The notes under the pieces are model-generated. The model had not been told where the DNA came from. It ran no database searches and worked only from the letters and a program-made list of their open reading frames with translations. Below, one piece after another: positions 13,290 through 30,890 of a stretch of DNA of 64,000 bases (the first letter of the stretch is position 1; each line of letters begins with the position of its first letter). Source of the stretch: Eledone cirrhosa (taxonomy: Eukaryota); contig OZ024740.1 of NCBI GenBank assembly GCA_964016885.1, forward strand, positions 297,786,001 through 297,850,000. The letters run 5' to 3'. The position numbers and the translations under genes are program-made.

Positions 13290-13460
13290 TATAAACAAAT
13301 GAGAGCCCACGCGCTGGCCATTCCGCGGGCCCCTGCGAACAAAATAGTGAAAGGATTTCCACGGAGGATGGTGAGGGAAACGCATTGGAAGAGCCATTCC
13401 AGCTCGCGAGGCTCATACCTGCGGGTAGCCAACTCTATGCCCATAGTGGTGAGTAGGGAG
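13290..13460 (-). mobile_element. 3' coding remnant of a CRE-like (RLE-type) non-LTR retrotransposon
   Basis: Minus translation EPRELEWLFQCVSLTILRGNPFTIL fits the CRE C-terminal pattern E..WL.QR.S.A..RGNA..I; homologous to 57245-57545. Confidence 0.6.
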
Positions 13461-13710
13461 ATGGGCCAAGGACACTAGATTGAATTATGGGTATAATCTA
13501 CTCGATTGGGCTTCCGACAATGTTCCATCTACCCAACTTCACACACAAGGCTTAGGTCGCTCTAGTCAACAGGGTTTATTTAAGGAAATTCTAGAACTTT
13601 GAGCCAGGTGACATGGCCCAGTATTTGATATCCTCTGGGTCTGAGAAACATTTGTAATGGTTATTTTAAACATGTTATGCATGTTTTAAGTATTTTAATA
13701 GTTTACTATG

Positions 13711-14016
13711 TACTCTCGGGTACCAAATGATAGAAGGGTGTTGAATAAGCGGGGGTGGATGGAAAAATCGATAATTTTTCTAGGTTGTCTCCCTTGATTT
13801 TGAGACCCCATCCCATCCTATCTATTCTATAGCGTATGGGAGTAATGTTCTTGTAATGTTCTTTTTTTTTGTCATGTATAATGTTTTTTAATGTTTAAAG
13901 AAAATTAATTATCACAGGAATGCTACCACTTAAAATAAAATTTCGCCGGATAGATTTACAAAATTTACAAAATTAATAAGCGAGGGGTGGGGACGATTAT
14001 TCGATACCCGAGAGTA
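13711..14016 (+). mobile_element. Complete MITE-T (Tc1/mariner-like, TA-flanked) inserted into repeat family A
   Basis: tactctcgggta ... tacccgagagta, 12/12 including TA and 18/21 extended; family A sequence resumes on both sides. Confidence 0.85.
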
Positions 14017-14229
14017 TGTGCATGTAGTATTTGACAGAAAATGTAAACTTCCTGCACACAATTAGATGAAGGACTATACAAGCAGGGGTCAACTACACGT
14101 TAAAATAATTACTGTGAGACTATAGTAAAAACACACACACGTGACCAAATGCAACATGGGGGGGGGGGGTGAACCTTGACTTTCATAATAGCAAAACAAA
14201 CTTCTATGTTTACATCTATTAATGCTTAA

Positions 14230-14529
14230 CATCCTGTAATGGTTTGCACCTAGAAAGTTCTCCTCCGAGGCAAGGTATCTTTGTGGGAGACCAGCAGTCG
14301 CCCATGTGTGCCAGTCTCCCCTCTCTACGAAATATATTTGAAAATATTTGAAAACGAGTTTGTTAATTCAAATGTTTATAATATCTTTAGTAGTGGACAG
14401 ATTGTTGTGAAAATTTGTAGAAATAAAAAACTGAAGTAAGGAATTCAATTTTTAATGTGATGCAGTCTTAGTGTTGTTCTGTACTTTCATAGAATTTCTT
14501 GCTAATGCGGTTCTATGTGGTACAGGATG
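14230..14529. mobile_element. TTAA-flanked (piggyBac-like) MITE
   Basis: ttaa|catcctgta ... tacaggatg|ttaa. Confidence 0.65.
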
Positions 14530-14965
14530 TTAAGAGTTAAAGGGGAAACACCTGTAATATCTCACCTGCATATGATATAACAATTGTAGAGGAGTTTGAC
14601 ATTTCATTTTTCCCTTCTGTCAGTGATTATTATAACTGGTAATTAAATTTAGTTCCTTAAAATTAACCCTGCCTGCTACCTGAAATAGGTGGTAATGGAA
14701 AAAAGGGATAGAAAAACGTCATACCAGCCCCTCAATTTCACCCTGCCCAATCTCTTCAGCTATCTACATGTACATACAAGTTGCACAAACAAATATACTT
14801 CATAAACAATTACACGCAAAACATAGATAACTACATGCAACTATACTTAAACATGTCTAACACACATGTAGATATACAAGCCTATACACACTCACACAAA
14901 TTTCTGTATGCATATATATGTATACACACACACACGCACACATACACACACGTGTGTGTGTGTAT

Positions 14966-15230
14966 GTAAGAGGTAAACAGAAATAACAACACAATGGGTA
15001 CAGTATATGAAAGAGATACATTAGGTTAACGCTTGAAATAGCAGGAAGTGGGTCTTAAGAGAGAGAGAGAGTTAACGTTGGTTCATTTTATTTCATTTAA
15101 TGGAGCGTCAATGTAGTCTTGTCAATGGAAACTGCAGTAATGGTGAGACTGTTAGTAAAGCAGGCTTGTTTTAGGTCCTCTACTGGGAATCGGCCTGTCG
15201 TTAACTTTGTATAGGTTATTTTAAATGTTT
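14966..15230 (-). mobile_element. Probable Penelope-like terminal-repeat fragment
   Basis: 14966-15058 closely matches 33326-33419, which adjoins a hammerhead motif. Confidence 0.5.
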
Positions 15231-15232
15231 AT

Positions 15233-17140
<1,908 letters not shown>

Positions 17141-18112
17141 ACTTTGAATAACTTTGAAATGTTTTGGCCAGTATTGGCCCAGGCCATGTCTAACTTAATA
17201 GCACCACCTGGCGAAGTCTTTCAATTCAGGATTTTGGCACCATGGCCCATTCGAGAAGAGAATTACTGTTTGCGGAGACATATCCGGGTGAGGGTGGTTT
17301 GTCCGGGATTACTTGGAGGAATTTGTCCAAAGACTTCTTGAATTTTGTGTGGTCAGTTTCTGTTTTGACGTGTCCTGGTGTGATGTTGAAGAGAGCAGGG
17401 CCGATTGAGGTGAAATAATTGTGCCGTATTGTTGTTATGAGTTGCGATTTAGATTTTTGAATGGGACGGATAGCACGGGGCCCAAGCCTTGGGTGTATCT
17501 TGAAGGCGATGCCAACATCATTTGGGCAGTGATGGTGGAACATTTTCCACATCATGCAGATAATATAACGCTCACGGCGACGTTGGAGTGAGTAAAGTTT
17601 CAGGTTTTCTAATCGACCCCAGTAGTCAAGGTCTGACATGCCATCTATCTTTTTCGTGATTGCCCTTTGAGGAGCTTCAAGTTTCATGATACTTTGTTTC
17701 GTGTGGGGAGACCACAGTGGACAACAGTATTCAAGGTGTGGTCGGGCGAAAGTAGAGAAGAGAAGGATAATGGTGCGGGAATCCCTCGACTGGAAGGTTC
17801 TGAGGATCCAGGAACACTTTCTGCGGGCCATGTCAACTTTGCTGCTTATATGCGTGGTCCAGCTTATGTTGCTGTCCACGGTTACTCCCAAGTCTCTGAT
17901 GTTGTTAGATGCCACGAGAGTTTCCCCGGAGGGAAGGGAGTACGGGAGTTTCAGAGCATCCTCTTTTCCAAAGTGGATCAGTTCGAATTTGTCTTCGTTC
18001 AGTAACATGTTGTTCTTTTCTGCCCATTGGGTAACAGCCAGTAGGTCTGACTGAAGGCTTATCCGGTCATCCACGCCATTGATGACCTTTTGGAGCTTGG
18101 AATCATCAGCGA
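17141..18112 (-). mobile_element. 5'-truncated CR1-clade LINE with stop-free RT C-terminus (stop at 17226) and short 3' UTR
   Basis: [68 protein letters not shown]; tail of tandem attcaaagtt units. Confidence 0.95.
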
Positions 18113-18114
18113 TG

Positions 18115-18245
18115 ATGTATATATATATATATATGTATATATATATGTATATATATATGTGTATATGTATATGTATATATATATGTATATATATATGTAT
18201 ATGTATATATATATGTATATATATATGTATATATATATGTATATA

Positions 18246-18290
<45 letters not shown>

Positions 18291-18455
18291 GTGTATATAT
18301 ATATGTATATATATATGTATATATATATGTATATATATATGTATATATATATGTATATATATATGTATATATATGTATATATATATGTATATATATATGT
18401 ATATATATGTATATATATATGTATATATATGTATATATATATGTATATATATATG

Positions 18456-18526
<71 letters not shown>

Positions 18527-18549
18527 GTATATATATATGTATATATATG

Positions 18550-18596
<47 letters not shown>

Positions 18597-19047
18597 GTAT
18601 ATATATGTATATATATGTATATATATGTATATATATATATGTATATATATATGTATATATATATGTATATATATATATATATGTATATATATATGTATAT
18701 ATATATATATATGTATATATATATGTATATATATATATATATGTATATATATATGTATATATATATGGATATATATATGGATATATATATGGATATATAT
18801 ATGGATATATATATGTATATATATATGTATATATATATGTATATATATATATGTATATATATATGTATATATATATGTATATATATATGTATATATGTAT
18901 GTATATATATATGTATATATGTATGTATATATATATGTATATATGTATGTATATATATATGTATATATGTATGTATATATATATGTATATATATATGTAT
19001 ATATATATGTATATATATATATGTATATATGTATGTATATATATATG

Positions 19048-19079
<32 letters not shown>

Positions 19080-19283
19080 TATATATATGTATATATATAT
19101 ATGTATATATATATGTATATATATATGTATATATGTATGTATATATATATGTATATATATATGTATATATGTATGTATATATATATGTATATATATATAT
19201 GTATATATATATATGTATATATATATGTATATATGTATGTATATATATATGTATATATATGTATATATATATGTATATATGTA

Positions 19284-19319
<36 letters not shown>

Positions 19320-19383
19320 TATATATGTATATATATATGTATATATATGTATATATATATGTATATATATGTATATATATATG

Positions 19384-19422
<39 letters not shown>

Positions 19423-19565
19423 GTATGTATATATGTATGTATATATGTATGTATATATGTATGTATATATGTATGTATATATGTATGTATATATGTATGT
19501 ATATATGTATGTATATATGTATATATATATGTATGTATATATGTATATATATATGTATATATATA
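18115..19565. repeat. Interrupted (TA)nTG array
   Basis: Read directly. Confidence 0.97.
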
Positions 19566-20123
19566 TGTTTCATGGTCGGGTCGTTGGCGACTAAACTGGC
19601 AACCCCACCAAGGTTTCTTGGTGAGGAGGGTGACTTTGGACATCCTGCAGGACTAAAAACAAAACCTGTCAAAGGGCAAAGGAGCTCTTAAGAGTCAATG
19701 GCCATCCAAAATCACCGGGAGAGATGACCCCTTAGCCTTTGTCAAGGCAGAATTCTAGGAGAAGGAAAACTCTGATATAACACCTGCAACCCTGATGGTA
19801 TCCAATGATGTTGACTTGTTCTACTTTTTGGTAAATATCATCTTGGTTAAGAGAGTGGGACTGGCTCTGTGCAATGCCTTTGCTCACTATAAAAGCTTCA
19901 TGGCACAGGCATTGCTTTATATCTGGAGATCTCTCTGCACTTGTCACATGGTACCATGGGCCCAGCACTATGTGTCAATAATTGTCACAAGTGTAGTGTT
20001 TGTACCAGAGTTTTCAAGTCGCTGGCTGAACTAAAAAGTCACACTCGTTCAGCGCATCGGTAGGGGTTCTCCTACATGGATATAAAGTAGTGGCCGTACT
20101 CGAAAACGAGTTGGCAGCCACCA
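19566..20123 (+). mobile_element. Non-autonomous RTE-derived retroelement, copy 1
   Basis: Near-identical to 23825-24380 and 51314-51908(-). Contains taggagaaggaaaactctga and a C2H2 remnant [26 protein letters not shown] at 19983-20063. Confidence 0.8.
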
Positions 20124-23824
<3,701 letters not shown>

Positions 23825-24380
23825 ATGGTCGGGTCGTTGGCGACTAAACTGGCAACCCCACCAAGGTTTCTTGGTGAGGAGGTTGACTTTGGACATCCTG
23901 CAGGACTAAAAACAAAACCTGTCAAAGGGCAAAGGAGCTCTTAAGAGTCAATGGCCATCCAAAATCACCGGGAGAGATGACCCCTTAGCCTTTGTCAAGG
24001 CAGAATTCTAGGAGAAAGAAAATTCTGATATAACACCTGCAACTCTGATGGTATCCAATGATGTTGACTTGTTCTTCTTTTTGGTAAATATCATCTTGGT
24101 TTAAGAGAGTAGGACTGGCTTTGTGCAGTGCCTTTGCTCACTATAAAAGCTTCACGGCACAGGCATTGCTTTATATCTGGAGATCTCTCTGCACTTGTCG
24201 TCACATGGTACCATGGGCCTAGCACTATGTGTCAATAATTGTCACAAGTGTAGTGTTTGTACCAGAGTTTTCAAGTCGCTGGCTGGACTAAAAAGTCACA
24301 CTCGTTTAGCGCATCGTTAAGGGTTCTCCTACATGGATATAAAGTAGTGGCCGTACTCGAAAACGAGTTGGCAGCCACCA
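23825..24380 (+). mobile_element. Non-autonomous RTE-derived retroelement, copy 2
   Basis: As copy 1, with roughly 15 differences by eye. Confidence 0.8.
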
Positions 24381-24456
24381 TATATATGTATATATATATA
24401 TATATGTCTGTATATATATATATATGTGTGTGTATATGTGTATATATGTATATGTG

Positions 24457-24609
24457 TAAAGAATAACGCCATTCTTATATATATATATATATAAGAATGG
24501 CGTTATTCTTTAATAGTTCATATCTTTACAATAAGTCGTTATTGATATAAGATCTGGAACTAACCAGAACTTATATCAATAACGACTTACTGTGGAGATT
24601 TGAACTATT
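24457..24609. repeat. Two abutting inverted repeats
   Basis: taaagaataacgccattct-(TA)n-agaatggcgttattcttta, then aatagttca..taagtcgttattgatataag.tctgg / ccaga.cttatatcaataacgactta..tgaactatt. Confidence 0.9.
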
Positions 24610-24952
24610 ATGGAATCCCACCCACCAATGAAGTCATTCCTCTCTTTTTTCAAATAAAACATGATGTAGCAAGGAATTTCATTCATTTTCCACTATATAG
24701 AAATTGTCTTAGTTCTAGTATAGACATTTAGTTCGTGATTGACTTTGTTTTTATGAGTGTATTACTTACGAGTTTGGTATTCAATGGTCGTATCCACTAG
24801 ATATTTTGTTTATTGTTGGCTTTGTTTAAGGAATGTATTATTGATACATAGGGCATTCAATGATTGCTTGGGTTTGTTCTAGGTATATATATATATATCT
24901 ACGTTCAGATTTATATATTTGACGGTCCTACTTGCTTATTTACACACACACA

Positions 24953-25049
<97 letters not shown>

Positions 25050-25440
25050 CAACAACTGACTCTTTTTTTCAAATACCACTTTGGAAGAAGAATCAGGATG
25101 GAGAGAGAGGTGCTGTACCCCAGCCAAGTTTCATGAAAGGTGGGTGAAAGTGGCGAGAATGGCCCGAGTGAATGGGCCTTCTCTCTATATCAGCCTGTAG
25201 GTTGAGGAAAAAGAGGAGGAGAGGAAAGGGGTACAAACTCTTCGTACTCCTGGAGATGAGGGTTGCACACTTTTTTTCGGGGGTATGTGTTACCCATATG
25301 TAATGTCTCCCCCTATTGGGGAAAATCGACTAATTTTTAAATTGCATTTGTGATAATATTTTACACGTTTTTATTGTATGTAAACTTCCCCCTTTGTATT
25401 TGTCCCCTTCTTTTGTGCCCCTGTGGCTAATAAAGAAACA

Positions 25441-25442
<2 letters not shown>
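25050..25442 (+). mobile_element. 3' end of a Tx1/L1-clade LINE in a (TC)n/(TCTA)n tract
   Basis: QQLTLFFKYHFGRRIRMEREVL; near-identical to 31512-31900(-); AATAAA followed by (TC)n. Confidence 0.85.
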
Positions 25443-25512
<70 letters not shown>

Positions 25513-25663
25513 ACACACGTATATAAGTTTTGTATATAGAATTATATACGTTATGTTTATAAATAAACATTTAAAAGCCTTTCGTAAACGTATCGTATCT
25601 TATTATATATATACAAAACTTACATACTTATATGTATACAGCTATGTTGGAGCGAACACCTTG

Positions 25664-25701
<38 letters not shown>

Positions 25702-25704
<3 letters not shown>

Positions 25705-26335
25705 TAGCCGAATTACCCGCGCCTTGCTGCGTTTTACACATTTTTTTTTTTTTCGTAAGAAAATGATGATTGATTTTAAATCAATGCTATAATTTATGGA
25801 GAAAAAATAAAGGGAAAATGTTAAAAAATTAGAGGCATTAACTAATAATTTTTGTTGTCATAATTCTAGTGATGTTTTGCCATAGATAAAATGTCTAAAT
25901 TAGCCAAATTTTACTATAAAAGAGAGGTGCTTTTTTTGTTGATTTACGTTTAATTAATAGAAAAACCCCGTGATAATAGAGGTTCCAATACTCAAGTTAT
26001 GGGCTTCCAAAATGTTCACTATAGGGGGTTTACCCCCCTATAGGGTGTCTTAATATTATTGAAATTTGCTGAAATGTTGTGAATAGGCATCACATTTTGT
26101 AATTTACCTATGGTTTAAAATTCATATAAATCGAAGAGAAAAATTTTTCAGCGGGGGTTTATGCCTCCGGAGAACCCTTTGATTAAAATGAAATATACTT
26201 ATCCAAGTACCCTGGGCAATGTAGTTTCAGAATATTATATAGTTATGGAGGGGGGGGGTCTATCTCCAAAACCATAGGAGGAGTTCGTGAACAAACAAAC
26301 AAACCGACAGGAACTACAACTTTATATATCTAGAT
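25702..26335 (+). mobile_element. Possible non-autonomous Helitron/Helentron-like element
   Basis: Starts tactagccgaattacccgcgccttgc, has an (acaa)n patch and ends atatatctagat. Similar tactagc..acccgg starts at 32828 and 33605. Confidence 0.45.
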
Positions 26336-26524
26336 ATATAATGTGTGTGTGTATATATGATACATATATATGTGTGTGTATATATATATGTATGTGTGTG
26401 TGTGTTTGTATATATGTAATACTGGGGTCGATTCTCTCTCTATAGCCTTCTTCGGTTTTTTTGTTTTTTTTTTTGCTTGGAAGAATTAGAAAACACTTGC
26501 ACAAATTCTTTAAAAACTATAACA

Positions 26525-26845
26525 TAAGTAACGACCTCTTTCGGCCACGAATGACCATTGGATTTGCACCTAGAAAGTTCCCCTCCGAACAAGTCTAAGC
26601 AAGATTGTTTATGAAAGACCATCAGTCGCCCATGTATACCAGCCTCCCCACTCCACGCCACTGATGTTGTTCAAGGGAAAGGAAAAGGCCGATACAGTAG
26701 GCACTCATTTCTATAGCTGAGTAAATTGGAGCAACGTGAAATAAAGTGTCTTGTCCAAAGACACAACACATCGCTCGGTCAAGGAATCGTACTTACAACC
26801 TCACCATTGTAAGCCCAACAGTAACCACTAAGCCATATGCCTTCA
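26525..26845 (-). mobile_element. tRNA-derived SINE, family 3
   Basis: Head ggcatatggcttagtggtt on minus; the gcacctagaaagttc...ccagcctcccc block also occurs at ~12510-12655 and 14240-14330. Confidence 0.7.
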
Positions 26846-26879
26846 CTATAACGTATGTGTAACTATTGATACAAAGCTA

Positions 26880-27112
26880 GATAATTTCTTGGATATCATT
26901 AGATTTGGATACTGAAATTTTTAACCCCTAGCTTAAACCTAGAAAATATCAGGTACCTAAGAATTTGAACCCCCACCCCCAATCCATTACCAAATCTATT
27001 ATTGATAAGGTATCTGGTAGAATATCTAGACTTTTGGCTAACAAAGAAATGTTCGATCTGCACACTCAAAACTATAATGAAGCACTTGCTAGATCAGAGT
27101 ATACAGAGATCG
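26880..27112 (+). mobile_element. Penelope-like RT thumb-region remnant
   Basis: NFLDI..LDLDT..HPQSITKSII..RISRLLANKEMF...YNEALARSEY. Confidence 0.65.
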
Positions 27113-27137
27113 CAAAAACAAGGGGTCTAAATGAGGT

Positions 27138-27478
27138 TTTCGATAGAGTGCGTAGCTCGGAGATCAGAGAGTCACTCCAGGTACGTTACTCCTCCGATAC
27201 TACAGGCACATGGTTAGTATGTCTCAGGAAAGAATCGCTGGACAGATTTTGCGGGTAAAACCAACCGACAAGAGACCCAGAGGTAGACTCCGAGCAAGAT
27301 GGTTGGATAACATCCATGAGCTCGGCTAGTCTCACTTGGGGATCCAGCCGGATCCTTTGGAGACGGTTGCTTTTGACAGGACCCGTTGGAAGAAGAGCTT
27401 GAGGACTCTTCCCCCATAACCCTCCCACAAATAAGTAGTAGTAATAGTAGTAGTAGTAGAAGAAGAAGAAGAAGAAGA
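27138..27478 (+). mobile_element. RTE 3' fragment, same family as 2620-3158
   Basis: Nucleotide match to 2780-3100; (TAG)n(GAA)n tail. Confidence 0.85.
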
Positions 27479-27803
27479 TGGCGGCAGCGATTATGATTAC
27501 ACCGTCATGATCAACATATATCCGGCGTATTGGTAGCAGAATACTGAAACCAACTTCCAAGATAATACATATAATAATTTTTCTATCTCTCAACAAACTG
27601 CAGAAGAATGTATTTCTATTAGGAATAACACGAAACAGTGAATGCCAAGGGAGTCTAATGTAATTACTATGAACTGTAATGAAATGAGGTGTTGCCGCCT
27701 GTTTAAAGTCAACCGAACTTTCCAGAACAAATATCATTAAGTTCTAAGAAAGCGCTCAGCAAGATCTTACCTATACATATGAAATCGATCAACAGAAATA
27801 TAT

Positions 27804-28002
27804 TAGTTTCTGATTTAGGCATAAGGCCAACAAATTTGAAGGAAGGAGAACTCGATTAAATTGACTCCAGTACATTACTGGTACTTTATGTTATCGACCC
27901 GTAAAGATGAACGGCCAGGCTAACTTCTGATCGTGAAGGGACGTAACTCTATGCCTTAAAGTATATTGTCCGACGTCTACCGATACTGCCAATCCACCGC
28001 CT
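27804..28002 (-). mobile_element. SINE family 1
   Basis: 15-bp TSD tcaacagaaatatat at 27789-27803 and 28003-28017. Confidence 0.88.
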
Positions 28003-28074
28003 TCAACAGAAATATATAGAAGGCAAAATTGATTTCATGGTGTGTGCAGCAGCAAGCAATCAATCCTCACTGAC

Positions 28075-28632
28075 AGGGCAAACTGCCAAAGAAATTAGTG
28101 GTAGGAAAAACACAAATAAGTCGTAACAAAAAATCACAAGGCTACATTAGTGACTGAACAAGTGGAAAAATATTTCCAGAACCTTCTCGATAATCCTCCA
28201 ACAGTTTCAAATTGACCTATTATAGATGATTGATCTTGACATCAAAATTTGTGATTTCACATTAAATGACCCTACTAACGTTTTGAAAATCATTCGAAAT
28301 TGGAAAACAATTGGAAGATAGGAGCATTCAACAATATATTCCTTCAATTTTCTAATACAGACTATAATCAAACCCCAACTGAAAAGGGAACAGTGGGTTG
28401 TATTCTCCGCTTATCCTAATAAAGTAATTCAGGAATAGCTAAAAATTTCAGAAGAATTGCCCTTACAGTAATAGCAGCGGAAATATACGACTTGTTGCTC
28501 AATTGTATACAGACAGAACTTGAAAAGGTCTTATATAAAAAACAAAAACGGATTTATGAAAAATTAGTCTACTGTTTGACAGATATTATACAGTCAGAAG
28601 AATCATTGAGGGAGTCAGGGCGAAAGGCCTGA
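28075..28632 (+). mobile_element. Decayed RTE-clade RT N-terminal fragment
   Basis: IALTVIAAEIY.LLLNCIQTELEKVLYKKQNGF..ST..QI..VRRIIEGVRAKGL. Confidence 0.7.
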
Positions 28633-28691
28633 TAAGACCCGCTGGAAGGAGTGTTTGAGAACTCTTCTCCCATAACCCGCTTACGAATAAT

Positions 28692-28911
28692 GGTTTCAGA
28701 TTTAGGCACAAGACCAGCAATTTAGGGAAGGGGAAAGTCGATTAAATCTACCCCAGTACATTACTGGTACTTTATTTTATCGACCTCGTAAGGATGAAAG
28801 GCAAAGTTAACCCCCCGGCGGGATTTGAACTCAGAACGTAAAGGGCCATCACTCTATGTATGCTGCAAAGCATGGTGTCTGACGCTCTACCAATTCTGCC
28901 AATCAACCACC
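28692..28911 (-). mobile_element. SINE family 1
   Basis: Full body with B-box; gaataat on both flanks. Confidence 0.88.
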
Positions 28912-28931
28912 ATGAATAATAATAATAATAA

Positions 28932-28963
<32 letters not shown>

Positions 28964-30179
28964 TTTAATGTTTGTGTACTTCTCAAGTACCTTGGACTCT
29001 ATCCACAGATGCAATATGGGGCAAATTCTTCTTCATTTGCTCTACCAATAGCAGCAGTAATGATACTCTACAAAAGAAGTTAAAGCATAATAACCCGAGG
29101 GAGACACCGATTTCTTCGACATCCATACTTTTTTTCTTTTCAGGCACTTTTAATTGACCTACGTAATTGTCATTCTTATACATCCTTGGTATGGTAAATA
29201 AACACTACCCGTCATACATGTCTTGTTTATTTGATAGGGATCATATAAAACTAATAAAATTAATATACATATATATATATGTGTGCATAAATAGTGTAGA
29301 TGGTGTTAATTATACTAATTGAAAACTAGGATTAGGTGGTATAAAGAAAAAGAAAGGCACATAAATAAGATGAGTTAACTCCTGGTGGAATCCCGACATA
29401 CGACGTGATTTGGGCATTTTAAACTATGTGGAGCCTATCCCTCTCCAGGTCGGAACACAGCCGGTTTCTTACACACAGAGAGAGAGAGAGCGAGACAGAG
29501 AGCACCAGCCCCAGTGCTGCACTGGTATTTTATTTAACGACCTTGAAAAGGTGAAAGGCAAAGTTGACTTCGGCGCGATTTTAGTGCAGTGAGCCGAAAT
29601 AAACTCGGAGGAATTTTGAATCCTGCCAATTTGCCGCTTTAATTTTTTATATTCTTCTGATATCTCTGAAGTTGAGAAAATTTGATGAATTTTGCCACAG
29701 TAAAGACATTAGATATTTTTGTTAAAAATATAGTTCTCGCTGCCAGAGGGATAAAACAAATGCTCAACAGAGGTCACAAATAAATTGCTACGGCTGCCGT
29801 TGTTGAGCCCTCTTCCCCTTCGCTGTGAGGGCCCAGGGGCAATTGTCCCCTTTGTCCCCATTAAATCCGGCTCTGGGTATTGGTTTGGTGTAAGCTAACA
29901 TTAAATAAGATTAAAATAGAATTTTAAAAATTAATATTCCAATGACAACATGAGTTATGGATCTAAAAAGATATTTCTAACGAAGGAGGAAGAAGAAATA
30001 AATATAATTTTCATCGGGAAAATGACGAGTTAAATTACTTATGGTGTTCTGAAAGAAGTGAGTTGTTAAATAGCAAGTAGAAGAAATACAGCGCATGCAC
30101 AACAACATGGAAATGTAAAATACATCTGGCCAGCTGGTAGTGGTTAGCAAGTCACTGAACTACATTATGGAAATCAAAG

Positions 30180-30890
30180 TAAAAACTAACAAGGACAGAT
30201 AACTCAGCAATGCTCGAACGGAGCGCTCTTCGCCTTAGACAATGTTGTCCATAAATCTTGTCCGTTAAAACATTATAATTTTTAGTGAAACTGGGCTTGC
30301 AGATGAAAGATCTGTCACAGAACTAGCCATAGGTTTTGACTTTTTCTAGTGAAGGAGGGTTCAGAATGAGAACAAAAGTCATAGATGGGTATTTGTCATA
30401 AGGATCAGTTTGATAAAGCAGCTCCCTTTTCTCCTAGTCGACATCAGCGAAAGATTCAGTGTCCCTTAGCCACAACCAACATGCAGCTATCATCAATGTA
30501 TATGACCCCACCATAACCAATTCTGATGAAACCATTGAAAATTCTATGTCGACCTCGTCTACGCTCCTTGCTCAGTCCAAGCCACTGCCAAGTTCATCTT
30601 ACAGGAAAACATCAACACCCGAGTTGGCCATGACCATGACGAGTGGATCGAAGTATTTGACAGACACTGTGTTTGAAAAATGAACAGCAACGGCCTCCTC
30701 CTTCTCAAGAAATGTGCAGAACAGGAATTTATCAAAACAAACACAGTGATCATATTTTATAGATTATGCCATTGGAAATATCAGACGACTCTCAACCAGA
30801 AACTGTTAGTAAACCAGACACTTTCAGGAAATCTCATTCAGAAATGGAACCACTTCAAAGAAACTATAACTGAAACCGCCAAGTAATAGA
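30180..30890 (+). mobile_element. Decayed AP-endonuclease region of an RTE-clade LINE
   Basis: IIFSETGLADE..IINVYDPT..NSDETIE..NTRVGHD..KMNSNGLLLLKKCAEQEFIKTNTV. Confidence 0.7.

Noticed and set aside
19571-19640. Pistol, twister or HDV-like fit for the bipartite element head
   Set aside because: Only isolated motifs (TAAA, GAGGG) match; I could not build the required pseudoknots.
27186-27737. 183-aa minus-strand ORF
   Set aside because: The C-terminal half is antisense RTE plus microsatellite, and the N-terminal part has no recognisable homology.
29144-29188. Possible 45-bp plus-strand micro-exon after ttttttcttttcag
   Set aside because: Too short to tell from chance; no partner exons or recognisable protein.
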